A stretch of 63,885 nt of DNA, filler included, from Choristocarpus tenellus KU-1152 (Eukaryota; Protista; Phaeophyceae): NCBI GenBank assembly GCA_964200185.2. It is 10 parts of 10 records of this genome, joined end to end, with 100 filler letters (N's around TTAATTAATTAA, not from the genome) between each part and the next. Parts side by side here need not be neighbours in the genome. Positions count along the whole stretch, not along the records: positions 61,372 to 63,885 come from CAXNAD020027170.1; 9 more parts are not named here. One strand, written 5' to 3'. A model generated the notes under the pieces. That model searched no databases, was not told where the DNA came from, and saw nothing but the letters and a program-made list of their open reading frames with translations. Shown in pieces: positions 61,372-63,885 of the stretch. The position numbers and the translations under genes are program-made. Positions within the stretch are counted from its first letter, which is position 1; every line of letters begins with the position of its first letter.

Positions 61372-63229
61372 TGTTCACCAGGACAAGCAGCAGAGGGGAG
61401 CCGGTTCAAAGTTTCATCCATAAGCCAAGCGGGGTATGGGCATGGGACACAACCATACATCACTGTGGGCTCAAAGTATCTGGGGAGAGTGGCGGCTGTC
61501 TATTTGGGGCCAATTTTTTCATGTCTCGATTTTTTGGTGATTTGGTTCCATACGTTGGGTGGATAATGAAAGTGTACGTTTCCTGGTTTGGTCCAAATGG
61601 ACACTCTGGTGTAGACCCTCTCCCTCCACCAGATACGTTTGGCCTGTGTTGGTACATCTGGCTTCCTCAAGAGGCCAAGTTGGTGACCTCAGCCCAAGTG
61701 ACGTTCGAGCCAGGCGAACACATGATGGACTTCGTGGAGGAGAGAGAGACCATGACTTTTACCGATGATGAGATTTCCGATACTGAAGACACTCTGATCG
61801 TAATTTCGATATTTTTATCCGATCCGATACCACAAGCAACAGCCGCGAGCAAGAACTCGACAATTCACCTAGTGGACAACGGAGGTCAGCCAGGATAGCT
61901 GAACAAACCAGGGTGGACTACGGGGGTTTACACTCTGGTGATACCCAGAAACTGGGAGAGCATATTGTCAATCTACTCAGGGCAAGCACGGATGAAGCCT
62001 ACTGTTGATGAGTATGGGAGGTGACATCTGTTCATAATCAAGATCAAACACACAGTCAATGGAGACATTGAAAGGTTCAAGGCCAGGCTGGTGGCACGGG
62101 TCTTTCCCAGCAAGAAGGGGTAGACAACTTCAGCACATTCAGTCCAGTGGTGGCAATCAACCGAGTTGAGGCCGGCATCACACTGGACCAGCGTTTCTAT
62201 GCAGAGAGCATTGTTCGTGAAGGAATGGGATCCACTGAAGTACGAAGTACCTCATCACCTTCAAACCCAGGAATAGACCTGACCCCAAGGAGAACTGACG
62301 AGGAGGAGCTGGATCAGAAGTACAAGCCTTACCTCACTATTCTGGGGAAACTTATGTTCCTAGCTGGGATGACACGACCAGACCTATCCAACAATGTGCG
62401 GGAACTGGGAAGATATGCAGCATCTCCATGCAGTCGACACTGGAAAGGGCTGCAACATGTTCTACGATTACTAGCAGGCACCATGAAAGTAGGGATACAC
62501 TATCCTACTGGTGGTGAATTGAACAACGGGGGCCTTGTCGGGTATGGAGACTCAGACTGGGGCAATGACACTGCTTTAAGACGAAGAGTGACGGAATATC
62601 TATTCCTAATAAACGGGGCACCAATTGCATGGTAATCCAAGATGCAAGGAGCTGTAAGCACATCTTCATCAGAAGCAGAATAAACAGCGATGGTACATGG
62701 AATGAGGTATGCAATATTCCTCAGAGGCATCCTGGGGAAGCTAGGCATACCCCAAGGGGCCACGACTTGGTATGGGGACAACCGAGGTGCGATCCAAGCA
62801 GCAATAATTCAAGGCTTCAACGGAAGAACAAGGCATGTCGACATCAAGCTGAAATGCACCAGGGAGTATGTCAATAAAGGATTTTTTAGAGTGGAGTACA
62901 TACTCACAACACTACAACTTGTAGACATCTTGACCAAAAGATAACATCAGAAGCAGGTAGAAGACTTTGTAGACACTGTGTTGACTAGATGAATGTCATG
63001 TGTTAAAGTTGAAGTAATCTGCGTTCTTTTACTGCACTGACAGGATAAATGTGATGTGTGTGAGAGTTGAACCAGTTTTTTTACTTCCACTCTCATGGGG
63101 GAGTGCAAAATAGGACAATAGTGAGGTGTACCTTATTTTGTGTATGAGAGATGTAAATAATGAGATAGTACATCCGGATTATGAATGGGAATATGTAAGG
63201 TTTATATTCTGCATTCAACTACTTTGACA
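61372..63229 (+). mobile_element. Decayed Copia fragment related to Copia-2 (integrase tail, RT with internal deletion, RNase H, PPT ~63095-63103, candidate short 3' LTR from 63104)
   Basis: ERFKARLVAR, ILGKLMFLAGMTRPDLS, GYGDSDWG, YGDNRGAI..RTRHVDIK; PPT ATGGGGGAG then TG. The RT core is deleted near 62150. Confidence 0.9.
61468..61644. mobile_element. MITE family A inserted in a Copia integrase region, TSD TGTG
   Basis: cac-tgtg|GGCTCAAAGTATCTGGGG...CCAGATACGTTTGGCC|tgtg-ttgg. The related Copia near 41478 shows the empty site cactgtgctgg. Confidence 0.9.
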
Positions 63230-63885
63230 TAACCGTTGACTTATGTAGGAAGCACAAAATAATAATAAAGGCAATAGGAAAACGCCCCACAAAGGTCACT
63301 CATCTAATTCCATTCATTCTTTCCACGTTCAGCAAAGGGGATCGTGTGAGGCTTCACACCATCTTGTCTTCACTATTGATAAATAGCATTACCTCCCAAG
63401 GTAAATTGCACAAGTCCTGTATATCCATCCAGGCTGCTATATCTGAACTGTTCCCACCAGTGGTGCTGTTGCGCACTCCTTCATCATGGTTGTCCTCATC
63501 CTCCCTCTTTTTCTTTCCCTTGTTGAGGTCTTTAGTAACGTAACCCCCCTTTCTCACTCTCAGCGTCTAGACCTTCAGTACTAGACCCCAATCTGCCACC
63601 CTCCATTGATGTCGTGGAGGGTGGAAAAATATTGAACTTAGACAAGTTCCAAATTAAGCCTTCGATACAGTTAGGATAATGGTTCCTGTTGGAATAGATG
63701 TTAAAACATAGGCTACTACTCATTTGTTTCTTGTTAATATGATACACATACTACCAGCTAGTACTGACTGTTGATTGGTGCACTGCACTGGTTGTTAGTG
63801 TTTATTTTTTTGTTGTGCATTCCAACTCATCATCACATCGATGACAGTAGATAGAAGTATAGCATCAGTTGATATTCAGTTGATC

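Overview
Eukaryotic, intron-rich, transposon-dense DNA, most consistent with a flagellated photosynthetic stramenopile such as a brown alga or relative (inferred from gene content and TTAGGG-like repeats). The window is not one locus. It is 10 contig pieces joined by nine artificial 100-nt spacers (N44-TTAATTAATTAA-N44), so adjacency across spacers means nothing. Host genes reconstructed by hand with phase-compatible GT-AG introns: a plant/HY1-type heme oxygenase (-) divergent from a flavin amine oxidase (+, C-terminus missing); an intronless roadblock/LC7 dynein light chain (-) head-to-head, 177 bp apart, with a six-exon LRR gene (+); and one katanin p80-like WD40 exon. The rest is mostly mobile DNA. 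There is a decayed Sola2-type DDD transposase and about 25 copies of two MITE families sharing its likely termini. There are several decayed Ty1/Copia elements, including a nest with a solo LTR and an inverted sister copy, plus a DD39D-type mariner remnant and RLE-type non-LTR fragments. The most novel-looking signal is that all three LTRs of one Copia family carry a tRNA-like Pol III A-box/B-box module followed by a T-rich tract and a TGACG array, which recalls the 5S-carrying Cassandra LTRs. No CRISPR array, rRNA or intact tRNA was seen.
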